Shown: positions 1 through 7,312 of the stretch, piece by piece
How the letters are laid out: each line of letters starts with the position of its first letter
How positions within the stretch are numbered: position 1 is the first letter of the stretch
Origin: Poseidonia sp.
GTDB taxonomy: Archaea; Thermoplasmatota; Poseidoniia; Poseidoniales; Poseidoniaceae
Direction: 5' to 3'
Assembly: GCA_965661285.1 (NCBI GenBank)
Contig: CBFIDD010000007.1
Coordinates: forward strand, 1-25,431
DNA: 25,431 bases
The notes under the pieces: model-generated
The model's database searches: none
Seen by the model: the letters and a program-made list of their open reading frames with translations, nothing else
What the model was told of the DNA's origin: nothing
Program-made: the position numbers and the translations under genes

Positions 1-235
1 ACCCTTGGAGATGCATTGTGCCTCCTTCACCAATTTCAACTTGCATTACGGCTGAATTGATTGAACATGCTTCAATAACTGTTGTTGAGGTGAGGATACT
101 AATTGCGGCATTGAAGTCCTCTAGAGTAGGCTCTATGCCCTTCTCTTCTTTCAATTCCTTTGTGAACTCCTTGAGGTATCCCGTGACGGCGAAGTTCTTC
201 ACAGGATTGTCCTTAACCTGCTCTTCTGCCATCAT
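1..235 (-). CDS. Hypothetical protein of the element, truncated by window edge (MMAEEQVKDNPVKNFAVTGYLKEFTKELKEEKGIEP...)
   Basis: Translated by hand: open from ATG at 235 to base 1. Preceded by GGAGGG and overlaps the stop of the upstream ORF (ATGA). Confidence 0.65.
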   Translation of the reverse strand, partial: MMAEEQVKDNPVKNFAVTGYLKEFTKELKEEKGIEPTLEDFNAAISILTSTTVIEACSINSAVMQVEIGEGGTMHLQG

Positions 236-411
236 CGACCCTCCAAAATAGATGTAACCTTACAGCCATTCTCATCCTTACAATCCAACCACTTTCTCGC
301 CTTTCGGTGATAGTACTGTAGTGTCTTGATAGTAGTCCCATTCAAGCCCTTCGTGAACTTCCAGCGATGAAGGGTAGACCTCCTCTTGAATGGATTTGAA
401 AATCGCTTCAT
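232..411 (-). CDS. Small basic hypothetical protein, 59 aa (MKRFSNPFKRRSTLHRWKF...)
   Basis: ATG at 411 overlaps the TGA of 411..632 (TGATG), with AGGGGTGG upstream. Its 3' end carries the SD and start of the next ORF. Confidence 0.5.
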   Translation of the reverse strand: MKRFSNPFKRRSTLHRWKFTKGLNGTTIKTLQYYHRKARKWLDCKDENGCKVTSILEGR

Positions 412-632
412 CAAAACCACCCCTGCTCATATCCACATCGATAGCACCAGTAGGAGAAGTGCTTGTATTCATCATTCCATTTCCTTGCTAGTCGAACTCG
501 GTAATTCCTACCATTAGATCTGAACCAACATTTTCCTGTCGGGCAAGGTGGGAAAGCGATGATTCTCCCATCTCGAACCACTGCACCCATCTTCTGATGC
601 CATTCGACATCGTACGGAACATCATCGTTCAT
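411..632 (-). CDS. Small putative zinc-finger protein, 73 aa (CPTGKC...CYRC)
   Basis: In ORF track. SD GGAGGTGG about 5 nt before ATG, ATGA overlap with upstream ORF, two Cys pairs. Confidence 0.65.
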   Translation of the reverse strand: MNDDVPYDVEWHQKMGAVVRDGRIIAFPPCPTGKCWFRSNGRNYRVRLARKWNDEYKHFSYWCYRCGYEQGWF

Positions 633-796
633 TCTTCCACCTCCTCTGCGTGGAGATCACAGCCTGCGGGACTGCCGTAAATGTAGTAATTACATGGGCA
701 GGCATCACAGCATTCTAAACACCAGTAGCATCCACAAGAATACTCAGTCCTGCTGAGATTACCACACGAAGTGCACCGGATTACTTTGCTACTCAT
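629..796 (-). CDS. Cys-rich microprotein, 55 aa, 10 Cys (MSSKVIRCTSCGNLSRTEYSCGCYWCLECCDACPCNYYIYGSPAGCDLHAEEVEE)
   Basis: Translated by hand (below ORF-track cutoff). SD GGAGGTG upstream, ATGA coupling at both ends. Confidence 0.65.
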   Translation of the reverse strand: MSSKVIRCTSCGNLSRTEYSCGCYWCLECCDACPCNYYIYGSPAGCDLHAEEVEE

Positions 797-951
797 TCAC
801 ACACCTCCTTTGAAGGGTGCAATGGATAAGATGCCTCACAGTATGGACAGAAGAATGCTGCTACATCGAATCCCCAAATGGATTCACGTAGATCATCAAC
901 CATCGGTTTGCCACATCGGTAGCAATTGACACGGATTTCGATGGTGTTCAA
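793..951 (-). CDS. Zinc-ribbon microprotein, 52 aa (MNTIEIRVNCYRCGKPMVDDLRESIWGFDVAAFFCPYCEASYPLHPSKEVCE)
   Basis: Translated by hand. TTG start overlaps upstream TGA, SD GGAGGTGA, CxxC...CPxC motif. Confidence 0.65.
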   Translation of the reverse strand: MNTIEIRVNCYRCGKPMVDDLRESIWGFDVAAFFCPYCEASYPLHPSKEVCE

Positions 952-1084
952 ACCATCACCTCCAAGAAGGTCTTGAGAACTGACTTGGCGTTACGATTGT
1001 TACCTTCTTCCAAGTCCTTCAGAGATTGCTCGATATTCTTGAGCAAACGAGTGGTAAAGATGTCATCGACCAGTCTATCGTTTA
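948..1084 (-). pseudogene. C-terminal gene fragment whose frame runs into the tRNA-Tyr 3' half (...INDRLVDDIFTTRLLKNIEQSLKDLEEGNNRNAKSVLKTFLEVMV)
   Basis: No start codon with SD downstream of the tRNA, yet the sequence is helical and protein-like and is coupled to the next ORF. The frame stays open through the tRNA 3' exon and intron. Confidence 0.45.
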
Positions 1085-1188
1085 TGGTCCCCGCTCCCAG
1101 ACTTGAACTGGGGACACCCTGATGTCTGCTGAGACGTTTGTTTTTACACAACTACAGTCAGGTGCTCTACCAACTGAGCTAAGCGAGG
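1085..1188 (-). tRNA. tRNA-Tyr(GTA) with 28-nt intron at canonical 37/38 position (intron 1124..1151), CCA encoded
   Basis: Acceptor stem CCTCGCT/AGCGGGG, discriminator A, then CCA. D arm GCTC/GAGC, anticodon stem CCTGA/TCAGG, anticodon GTA at 1153-1155, T arm CCCAG-TTCAAGT-CTGGG. Bulge-helix-bulge with central helix CTGT/GCAG. Mature length 76 nt. Confidence 0.97.
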
Positions 1189-1211
1189 CATATTGTCCCA
1201 CCTGCCTCCAC

Positions 1212-1218
1212 TACTTAA
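1212..1218 (-). promoter_or_regulatory. TATA-like box (TTAAGTA) of tRNA-Tyr
   Basis: Lies at -30 to -24 relative to the tRNA 5' end, the archaeal TATA position. Confidence 0.55.
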
Positions 1219-1413
1219 CCCTCATCAATCAACAGGGCAGTTTTTGCCACCCATTGGCGTCCGGGGAACAAGGGGTTTTCAAAGGTGGAGGGGTAGTCAT
1301 TAACACCATGCGTGGTGGGGAATTCAAGGTCTCAAAATCGGCGTCTCTGCCGCGGTCGCGACCCTCGCGGTTAAGAGGGGGAAGACAAGGCTCGCCAACG
1401 GAGGAGTGAAAGG

Positions 1414-2595
1414 ATGGGACCTTCAGGCACTTCAGGAAACGCGGTGGGTGGACCATCGGCGCACGATGCGGCGTTTGCCGACATGATTCAGGGGCTCAAG
1501 AACGACGCCGTCAACCGCGGCGCTACCTCCCTCATGGACGAAGAAGTCGGCACGCTGGGCGTTCCCGACCCACGCATACTCATCGTCGGCTGTGGCGGCT
1601 CGGGCAACAACACGCTCAACCGCATCACGCACCTTGGCGTCGAAGGCGCTGTGACCGTCGCCATCAACACCGACAAGCAGCATCTCGACAACACCCGAGC
1701 GCTGCAGAAACTCCTCGTCGGCCGCCACATCACCCGTGGACTCGGTGCAGGCGGCGACCCGTCCACCGGCCGCCGCTGTGCGGAAGCCGGCCGAGAGATG
1801 ATCAAGCGCATCGTCACCGGCGCCGACCTCGTGTTCATCGCCTCTGGACTGGGCGGCGGTTCAGGCACCGGCATCTGTCCCATCGTTGCTGAGGAAGCCA
1901 AAGCGGCCGGTGCCCTGGTCGTTGGCATCGTCACCACACCGTTCCACGTCGAGCGACGCCAACGCATGGCTCGCGCCCTTGAGGGATTGGAATCCCTGCG
2001 CCGCTGCGCCGACGCCGTGCTCGTGCTCGACAACAATCGTCTGCTCCACTTTGTGCCCAACCTCCCGCTTGACGAAGCCTTCTCCATCATGGACCAGCTC
2101 GTCGCTGAAATCGTGAAAGGCATCGTTGAGACCATTACGCTGCCTTCGCTCATCAACTTGGACTTCGCCGACATTCGCGCCATCATGGCCAACGGCGGCG
2201 TCACGATGATGCTCTACGGCGAGTCCGACCGAGGTCCCGAAGAAGTGGTTCACGAAGCGCTCAACCATCCGCTCCTTGATGTGGACATCACCGGTGCGAC
2301 CGGGGTGCTGATTCACGTTACTGGCGGACCCTACATGACGCTCGAAGCGGCCAATCAGGTGGTTGACCTGCTGACCGAGAAAGTGAGCGATAACGCCAAC
2401 GTGATTTGGGGTGCTCGTCAGGACGCTGGTTTCGGTGATACCATCAAGGTCATGGCCATCATCACCGGCGTGGGCGGCACCGACCTCAACACGGCTCGCA
2501 TGAAACCCGATGCGTTGGGCGAAGCCCTCCGGCTGACACGCCAGCAGCAGGCCGACCGTCCCAACAACATGGATTTCCAACGATGGAATGATTGA
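1414..2595 (+). CDS. ftsZ: Cell division GTPase FtsZ (archaeal FtsZ2 clade)
   Basis: Motifs GCGGSGNN, NTDKQHL, GLGAGG and GLGGGSGTG (tubulin signature), plus T7 loop SLINLDFAD. PFHVER and LDNNRLL-x2-VPNLP resemble haloarchaeal FtsZ2. SD GGAGGAG upstream. Confidence 0.96.
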   Translation: MGPSGTSGNAVGGPSAHDAAFADMIQGLKNDAVNRGATSLMDEEVGTLGVPDPRILIVGCGGSGNNTLNRITHLGVEGAVTVAINTDKQHLDNTRALQKLLVGRHITRGLGAGGDPSTGRRCAEAGREMIKRIVTGADLVFIASGLGGGSGTGICPIVAEEAKAAGALVVGIVTTPFHVERRQRMARALEGLESLRRCADAVLVLDNNRLLHFVPNLPLDEAFSIMDQLVAEIVKGIVETITLPSLINLDFADIRAIMANGGVTMMLYGESDRGPEEVVHEALNHPLLDVDITGATGVLIHVTGGPYMTLEAANQVVDLLTEKVSDNANVIWGARQDAGFGDTIKVMAIITGVGGTDLNTARMKPDALGEALRLTRQQQADRPNNMDFQRWND

Positions 2596-2651
2596 CGTAA
2601 CGCACACGCTATGAAGAAGGCTTCAAATGGAAGTCATTTGGTGGAATTACC

Positions 2652-3461
2652 ATGCGTCGCACCGCCGTGATTGCGTTCTTCCTCGTCGCCATGCTGCTCG
2701 TTCCCGTGCAGGCCGGTGACGTTACCGTTCAACAAGAACAGGAAGAAGACCCCAAGCAGCCCAACGCCAACAACACCACGATGTACCTCTATCACGACGG
2801 ATTTGCAGACGCTTGGTCCCACTTCAACACCAACGATACCGATTCCAATGCAGAGGGCGAGTACCGCGAGGACAAGGAGAACGGTGTCATCGACATCAAC
2901 CTGCGATTCCGCATGAAGCCCGACCTTGAAAAGCGACTCTTGATGACCGACAACGGAGAATATCGAGGCAATTTCAAGATTGACGTTGGCGGTGATTGGA
3001 CGAATGACAATAACGGAGCCTGCAACAACGACTGTGAGAACCTCAACATCACCGTCTTCCGGGGCGGTGCTGAGGTCTGGACCAATCAGTTCACTGGCAT
3101 TCAACAAGGCGAGCAGAACGTTCCCTTTGCTTTCGCCGTTTCTGAAGAACATAAGGAATGGAACGGACGAGACGACAACCCCATCATCGAAGTCAAAATG
3201 AAACTCAAGGGCAATTACCAATCTGGGGGTTTCTTTGGTGTTCCTTCTGGAGAACCAGCATGGTTCGCCATAAAACTCGGTGAAGAAAGCCGATTTGAGA
3301 TGCCCATCAGCGAAGACAGTTGGAGCGAAGAATTCCAAGCTGGCGATGACGGCATGATGGAGGAGGAAGACACCCCCGGCTTCACCCTCGTGGTAGCCTC
3401 GGCCGCTCTCGGTATGGCGCTCTTCGTCAACCAGCGACGAGAGAACGAAGACGAAGCGTGA
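2652..3461 (+). CDS. Secreted/surface protein with PGF-CTERM-like (archaeosortase) anchor
   Basis: N-terminal signal peptide (...VPVQA), acidic Asn-rich body, C-terminal TPGF + hydrophobic helix + RR. Confidence 0.8.
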   Translation: MRRTAVIAFFLVAMLLVPVQAGDVTVQQEQEEDPKQPNANNTTMYLYHDGFADAWSHFNTNDTDSNAEGEYREDKENGVIDINLRFRMKPDLEKRLLMTDNGEYRGNFKIDVGGDWTNDNNGACNNDCENLNITVFRGGAEVWTNQFTGIQQGEQNVPFAFAVSEEHKEWNGRDDNPIIEVKMKLKGNYQSGGFFGVPSGEPAWFAIKLGEESRFEMPISEDSWSEEFQAGDDGMMEEEDTPGFTLVVASAALGMALFVNQRRENEDEA

Positions 3462-3482
3462 TTTACGCCCGCTTTGAGCTAC

Positions 3483-4817
3483 TCAGAGCGCGTCGAGCAC
3501 CGACTGAGCGTTGAGTTCAACATCGGCTCGATCACCGGTTTTGAAATCGATCAGTCGACCCGTACCGGCTTCCAAATCTTCTGGCTTCACCACCAGCAGG
3601 TGGCTCGCACCAATGCCTTCAGTCCACTTGATGATGCGGCCGTAGTTCTTCTTCGAAAGCAGCAATTCTACCCGAGCACCGGCTTCACGTAGGGAAGCGA
3701 CCAGCGGTAAGAGCGCCATGTGGTCGGCCTTGTTGGGTGCGATGGCGATGTGCGGGCGTCCATCAGCCTCACCCGGTACGGCTTCCTCACGACCGGCCGC
3801 TTCGGCTTGGGCTTCAAGAGCGAGCAGAACACGGTCAAAGCCGAGACCGAAACCGCAGCAGGGGTCCAAATCCGGAAGGCCAAACAGGTGAAGCAATTTG
3901 TACGACCCGCCACCGAGGACCTGGCCTTCACCGCCAAGTTCCTCCACCTTCACCTCAAACACCATGCCGGTGTAGTAGTCAAGGCCACGAGCGACCGTCA
4001 GGTCCACCGCCATTGAGGGAGCAGCAGGCGCAAGGGCCGCAAGCGCCGTGAGGGTTGTCTCCAATTCGTCAAGCGCATCCAAGGACACGCCCTCCATGCT
4101 GGAGAGCAGTTCACGAGCCGGACCGAGGGTCTCCATCCCACCTTCAAGCGAAGCCAATGCACGCAAAGGTTCGGCGTTCGCTGCATCAAGACCGTGCGTG
4201 GTGAAGAGTTCGGACAGACCTGCATCGTCGCCCTTGTCGAGCAGGCGCATGGCGCTGGCGATGGGGGGCTCACCGGTGGTCGCATCCACCTCGTTCGAGA
4301 GTCCGAGTCCCGTGAGTGCGTCTTTGAGAACACCGACGTGGCCGATGCGAATCTCCCATCCCTCAAGCCCTGTGGCGTGCAACATGTTGACCGCTAGCGC
4401 CAGGACTTCGGCCTCAGCCAGCGGCCCCGAGGCCCCAATGAGTTCCACACCGTACTGGAAGAATTCACGATAGCGTCCGGTTTTGAATTCCTCATAGCGA
4501 TAGCACTGACCGAAGTAGGAGAGACGGAGCGGTTTGGTGTCCATCCGCATTTCCTCAGCGACCATGCGCATGACAGGTGCTGTCAATTCAGGGCGCAAGG
4601 TCAGGTCCCGCTCGCCCTTGTCTTGGAAGGCATAGAGCTGGTTGATGACACCGGGGCCGGATTTGGCCGTGAACAACTCAAGGGACTCAAACACAGGCGT
4701 CTGAACCCGAGAGAAACCGTGGCGCTGCGCCACATCCTCGAGCAGGTGCTCGAGCGCCAAGCGACGTTTCATCGCAGCGGGCGTGAAGTCCCGGGTCCCA
4801 CGTGGTCGCTGCACCAT
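3483..4817 (-). CDS. hisS: Histidine--tRNA ligase
   Basis: Motifs RPRGTRDF, LRPELTAP, YRYE...GRYREFFQ, RGLDYYTG, GGGSY, GFGLGFDR. Confidence 0.97.
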   Translation of the reverse strand: MVQRPRGTRDFTPAAMKRRLALEHLLEDVAQRHGFSRVQTPVFESLELFTAKSGPGVINQLYAFQDKGERDLTLRPELTAPVMRMVAEEMRMDTKPLRLSYFGQCYRYEEFKTGRYREFFQYGVELIGASGPLAEAEVLALAVNMLHATGLEGWEIRIGHVGVLKDALTGLGLSNEVDATTGEPPIASAMRLLDKGDDAGLSELFTTHGLDAANAEPLRALASLEGGMETLGPARELLSSMEGVSLDALDELETTLTALAALAPAAPSMAVDLTVARGLDYYTGMVFEVKVEELGGEGQVLGGGSYKLLHLFGLPDLDPCCGFGLGFDRVLLALEAQAEAAGREEAVPGEADGRPHIAIAPNKADHMALLPLVASLREAGARVELLLSKKNYGRIIKWTEGIGASHLLVVKPEDLEAGTGRLIDFKTGDRADVELNAQSVLDAL

Positions 4818-4888
4818 TGTTCTTAGCGTGCCGTTGAGGCTTCAAGACCCCTTCGCTTCAAGCCCCGGTTCAAGAGGGGTATTCCCGC

Positions 4889-5590
4889 TCATTCCTCTTC
4901 TGAAGAAGCACTCGGCCACAATTCCTCACCGTCCTCAAGCCCCCAACCGGGGCCGTCCGTTGAAGCCGCAGCGACCTCATCAGCGTCCTTCTCATCATCT
5001 TGTGACTGCGAGACCACGGCGTCCAAATCGGGCGCTCCGGGCACATCTGGAAGAACGATTTCGTCCTTCCCGGCAATTTCCTCGAGTTTCTCGATCAGTT
5101 CCCAATCGGGTTCCTCAGCGCCGGGCTGAACCCCCTTGTCCTGTCGCACCTGAACGAGTTCGGCTGCGTTGAGCACGTCGTCGTCACTCGCCACTTCTTC
5201 ACTCAGCGCCGTTTGGTCAAGCGGCCGAAGGTCTGCGTTGGCGTCTTCACCCTTGGCTTCGAACGTTGACGGTTCTGCGGGAGCGGCAACACCGAGTGAT
5301 TTCCAGGCATCCTTGACTTCGGTCGAGGCAGGAATCACAGCACGCGCCCGTTCCTCGGCCCTTTGACGCTCATAGGCCGCCTTGAGTTCGGCTTCTTCTT
5401 CGTCGGCACGCATGCGCGCCTCGACCTCCCGCCAGGTTCGCCGTTCCTCTCGAAGGCGGTCTTTCTCTTCCTGACGTTCAAGCATCAAGGGCGTGGGTTT
5501 GTCGTACCGCCTCCAAAAGAAGTAACTCACGCCGATGAAGAGCAGCGAAAGGATGAGCCCCGTCGTGAGCGTCTCCCACAACTCGGCCAT
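4889..5590 (-). CDS. Hypothetical protein: N-terminal TM helix, coiled coil, acidic tail
   Basis: 233-aa ORF 12 nt downstream of the transporter, with SD-like GGTGAGG and host-like codon style. Confidence 0.8.
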   Translation of the reverse strand: MAELWETLTTGLILSLLFIGVSYFFWRRYDKPTPLMLERQEEKDRLREERRTWREVEARMRADEEEAELKAAYERQRAEERARAVIPASTEVKDAWKSLGVAAPAEPSTFEAKGEDANADLRPLDQTALSEEVASDDDVLNAAELVQVRQDKGVQPGAEEPDWELIEKLEEIAGKDEIVLPDVPGAPDLDAVVSQSQDDEKDADEVAAASTDGPGWGLEDGEELWPSASSEEE

Positions 5591-5602
5591 CCAGCCTCAC
5601 CT

Positions 5603-7303
5603 TCAATCGGCCAGTTCAGCGTCCACCGTTGCCGCCAGATGCTCAAATCCGACGATCACATCACCGACTTGCCCGACGAGGATGTCGTCGCCACCGGGCA
5701 GTTCGGAGATGTCTGCGTCAGCACCCTCGGGCACGTTTCGGAACAAGGGTCGCTCGATGAGCTTCCGATTGAGGCCGATGAACAACGCAGCGACCACGCC
5801 CCAGAACAGGAGAATAATCGTCAGTCCTTTCGGGTTCGAGGGGTCCCACACGTTGGGCGTGTTGGCGATCATGTCCGAGAAATACGACGCCATCAGCACG
5901 AAGAAGAGAATTGGGAAGAAGATGTAAATCAGCACGTCCCACCAGCGTCCGACTTCCAAATCGTTGTCGCCGGTGTTGATGAAATCATCACGGAACGCCG
6001 AGACTCCAAAGCCGAGGTAGCCGGCGAAGCCCGGCGGAGCCGTGCCTTCGTCAACCGCCTTGCGCCACTTGATGTAGCCGTACTTCCAGATGGAGAACGC
6101 GATGAACAGACCCGAGAACATCAGGCCATAGCCCCAGATGTGGTCCTGCACTTCGAGGAATTCAGGGAAGGCCACGCCTGAACTGTCGAGTTGAATCCAC
6201 AGGATGGCGGAAGGCAAGCCGAAGATGAAGATGGCCAAACCGGTGATGAGCACGGAGCGCTCTCGCTCGTAGCCGTGGTCAACGAAATTTCGGACACAGA
6301 GCTCGACGGTGGAGATCATCGATGTGAGGGCAGCAAAGGACAGCGCGAGGAAGAACATCGCTGTCATGATGAGCGGTCCAATAGCGCCACCGGGAGCCTG
6401 AGCAAACACTTCTGGAAGGGCGAGGAAGGTGATGGCAGAGGACCCTCCGGTCACCGTGGCCAACGGGTCAGGGTTGACCGCGAAGATGGCCGAAAGCACC
6501 GCCAAACCGGCGATGATGGAGATGCTGTTGTTGGCGAGTCCCATCGTGAAGGCGTTGAGCACCGTGTCCTCGTCCTTTCGCATGTAGACAGCGTAGGTGA
6601 TGCACATGCCCATACCGGCCGAACACGACCACGCCGACTGCGAGAGGCCGTTGATCCACACTTCCGGTTCAAACAGCATATCGAAGTCCACGGTGAACAT
6701 GAACAGCGCACCGTCAAGGCTGCCGTCGCTGAGGTCCATCCACAGCGAGAGGAAGAGCGTCAGGAAGAGCAGGGCGAAGAGGGAAATCATGAGGTAGAAA
6801 TTCACCTTCTCAATGGCTTTTGCACCCTTCCAAATGGTGCCAAGCACCAAGAGGATGACAATGAATTGGAAGAAAATCACCTGGCCGGGGGATTGAAGGA
6901 AGGAATTCCAAACTTCGGTCGTGTCGACCTTTTCTCCGCTCAGTGCACCGGTGATGCCGAGTTGGAAATACTTCAGCGTCCATCCGGAAACCACGGCGTA
7001 ATAGAAGCCGATGGCGGTGGAAATCCACGCCGTCCACAGCCCCATCCATGCAAATCTGCGACCAGCAAAAATACGGAAGGTCCCGATGGTTCCCGTACGA
7101 CTCCGCTTGCCCATAGCGTACTCGGCGATGACGAGTGGAATGGACCACGCGAACAAGAAAATGAGCCAGGGAATGAGGAACGTTCCACCGCCGTTTGCAC
7201 CGACCATGCGGGGGAAACGCCAGATGTTCCCCGTACCGATGGCTGCACCGATCGAGGCGAAGATAAGACCGAGACGGCCGTTGAACTGGTCGCTTTCTCC
7301 CAT
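5603..7303 (-). CDS. Sodium-dependent transporter, neurotransmitter:sodium symporter (NSS/SNF) family, probable amino-acid uptake
   Basis: Signature GAAIGTGNIWRFP...NGGGTF and many TM helices. Confidence 0.93.
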   Translation of the reverse strand: MGESDQFNGRLGLIFASIGAAIGTGNIWRFPRMVGANGGGTFLIPWLIFLFAWSIPLVIAEYAMGKRSRTGTIGTFRIFAGRRFAWMGLWTAWISTAIGFYYAVVSGWTLKYFQLGITGALSGEKVDTTEVWNSFLQSPGQVIFFQFIVILLVLGTIWKGAKAIEKVNFYLMISLFALLFLTLFLSLWMDLSDGSLDGALFMFTVDFDMLFEPEVWINGLSQSAWSCSAGMGMCITYAVYMRKDEDTVLNAFTMGLANNSISIIAGLAVLSAIFAVNPDPLATVTGGSSAITFLALPEVFAQAPGGAIGPLIMTAMFFLALSFAALTSMISTVELCVRNFVDHGYERERSVLITGLAIFIFGLPSAILWIQLDSSGVAFPEFLEVQDHIWGYGLMFSGLFIAFSIWKYGYIKWRKAVDEGTAPPGFAGYLGFGVSAFRDDFINTGDNDLEVGRWWDVLIYIFFPILFFVLMASYFSDMIANTPNVWDPSNPKGLTIILLFWGVVAALFIGLNRKLIERPLFRNVPEGADADISELPGGDDILVGQVGDVIVGFEHLAATVDAELAD

Positions 7304-7312
7304 GCGACCACC

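Larger units (their letters stand above)
1..1084 (-). mobile_element. Edge of a putative integrated element/provirus inserted at the 3' end of tRNA-Tyr (continues beyond window start)
   Basis: GC drops abruptly at the tRNA CCA end. Six short co-oriented ORFs have overlapping stop/start codons and strong GGAGG(TG) SD sites, and several are Cys-rich. No integrase or capsid gene is visible in the window. Confidence 0.7.

Noticed and set aside
18-251. 77-aa + strand ORF
   Set aside because: It is antisense to the SD-supported - strand ORF starting at 235 that belongs to the coupled chain.
278-475. Alternative-frame 65-aa ORF in the element
   Set aside because: It overlaps two ORFs that form an exact stop/start chain, so it is less parsimonious, though not fully excluded.
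948-1151. Fragment as the C-terminal half of an SSV1-type integrase, or as an intact 67-aa gene starting in the intron
   Set aside because: It lacks R...HxxR...Y catalytic residues and is too short for Int(C). The TTG start lies inside a tRNA with no SD.
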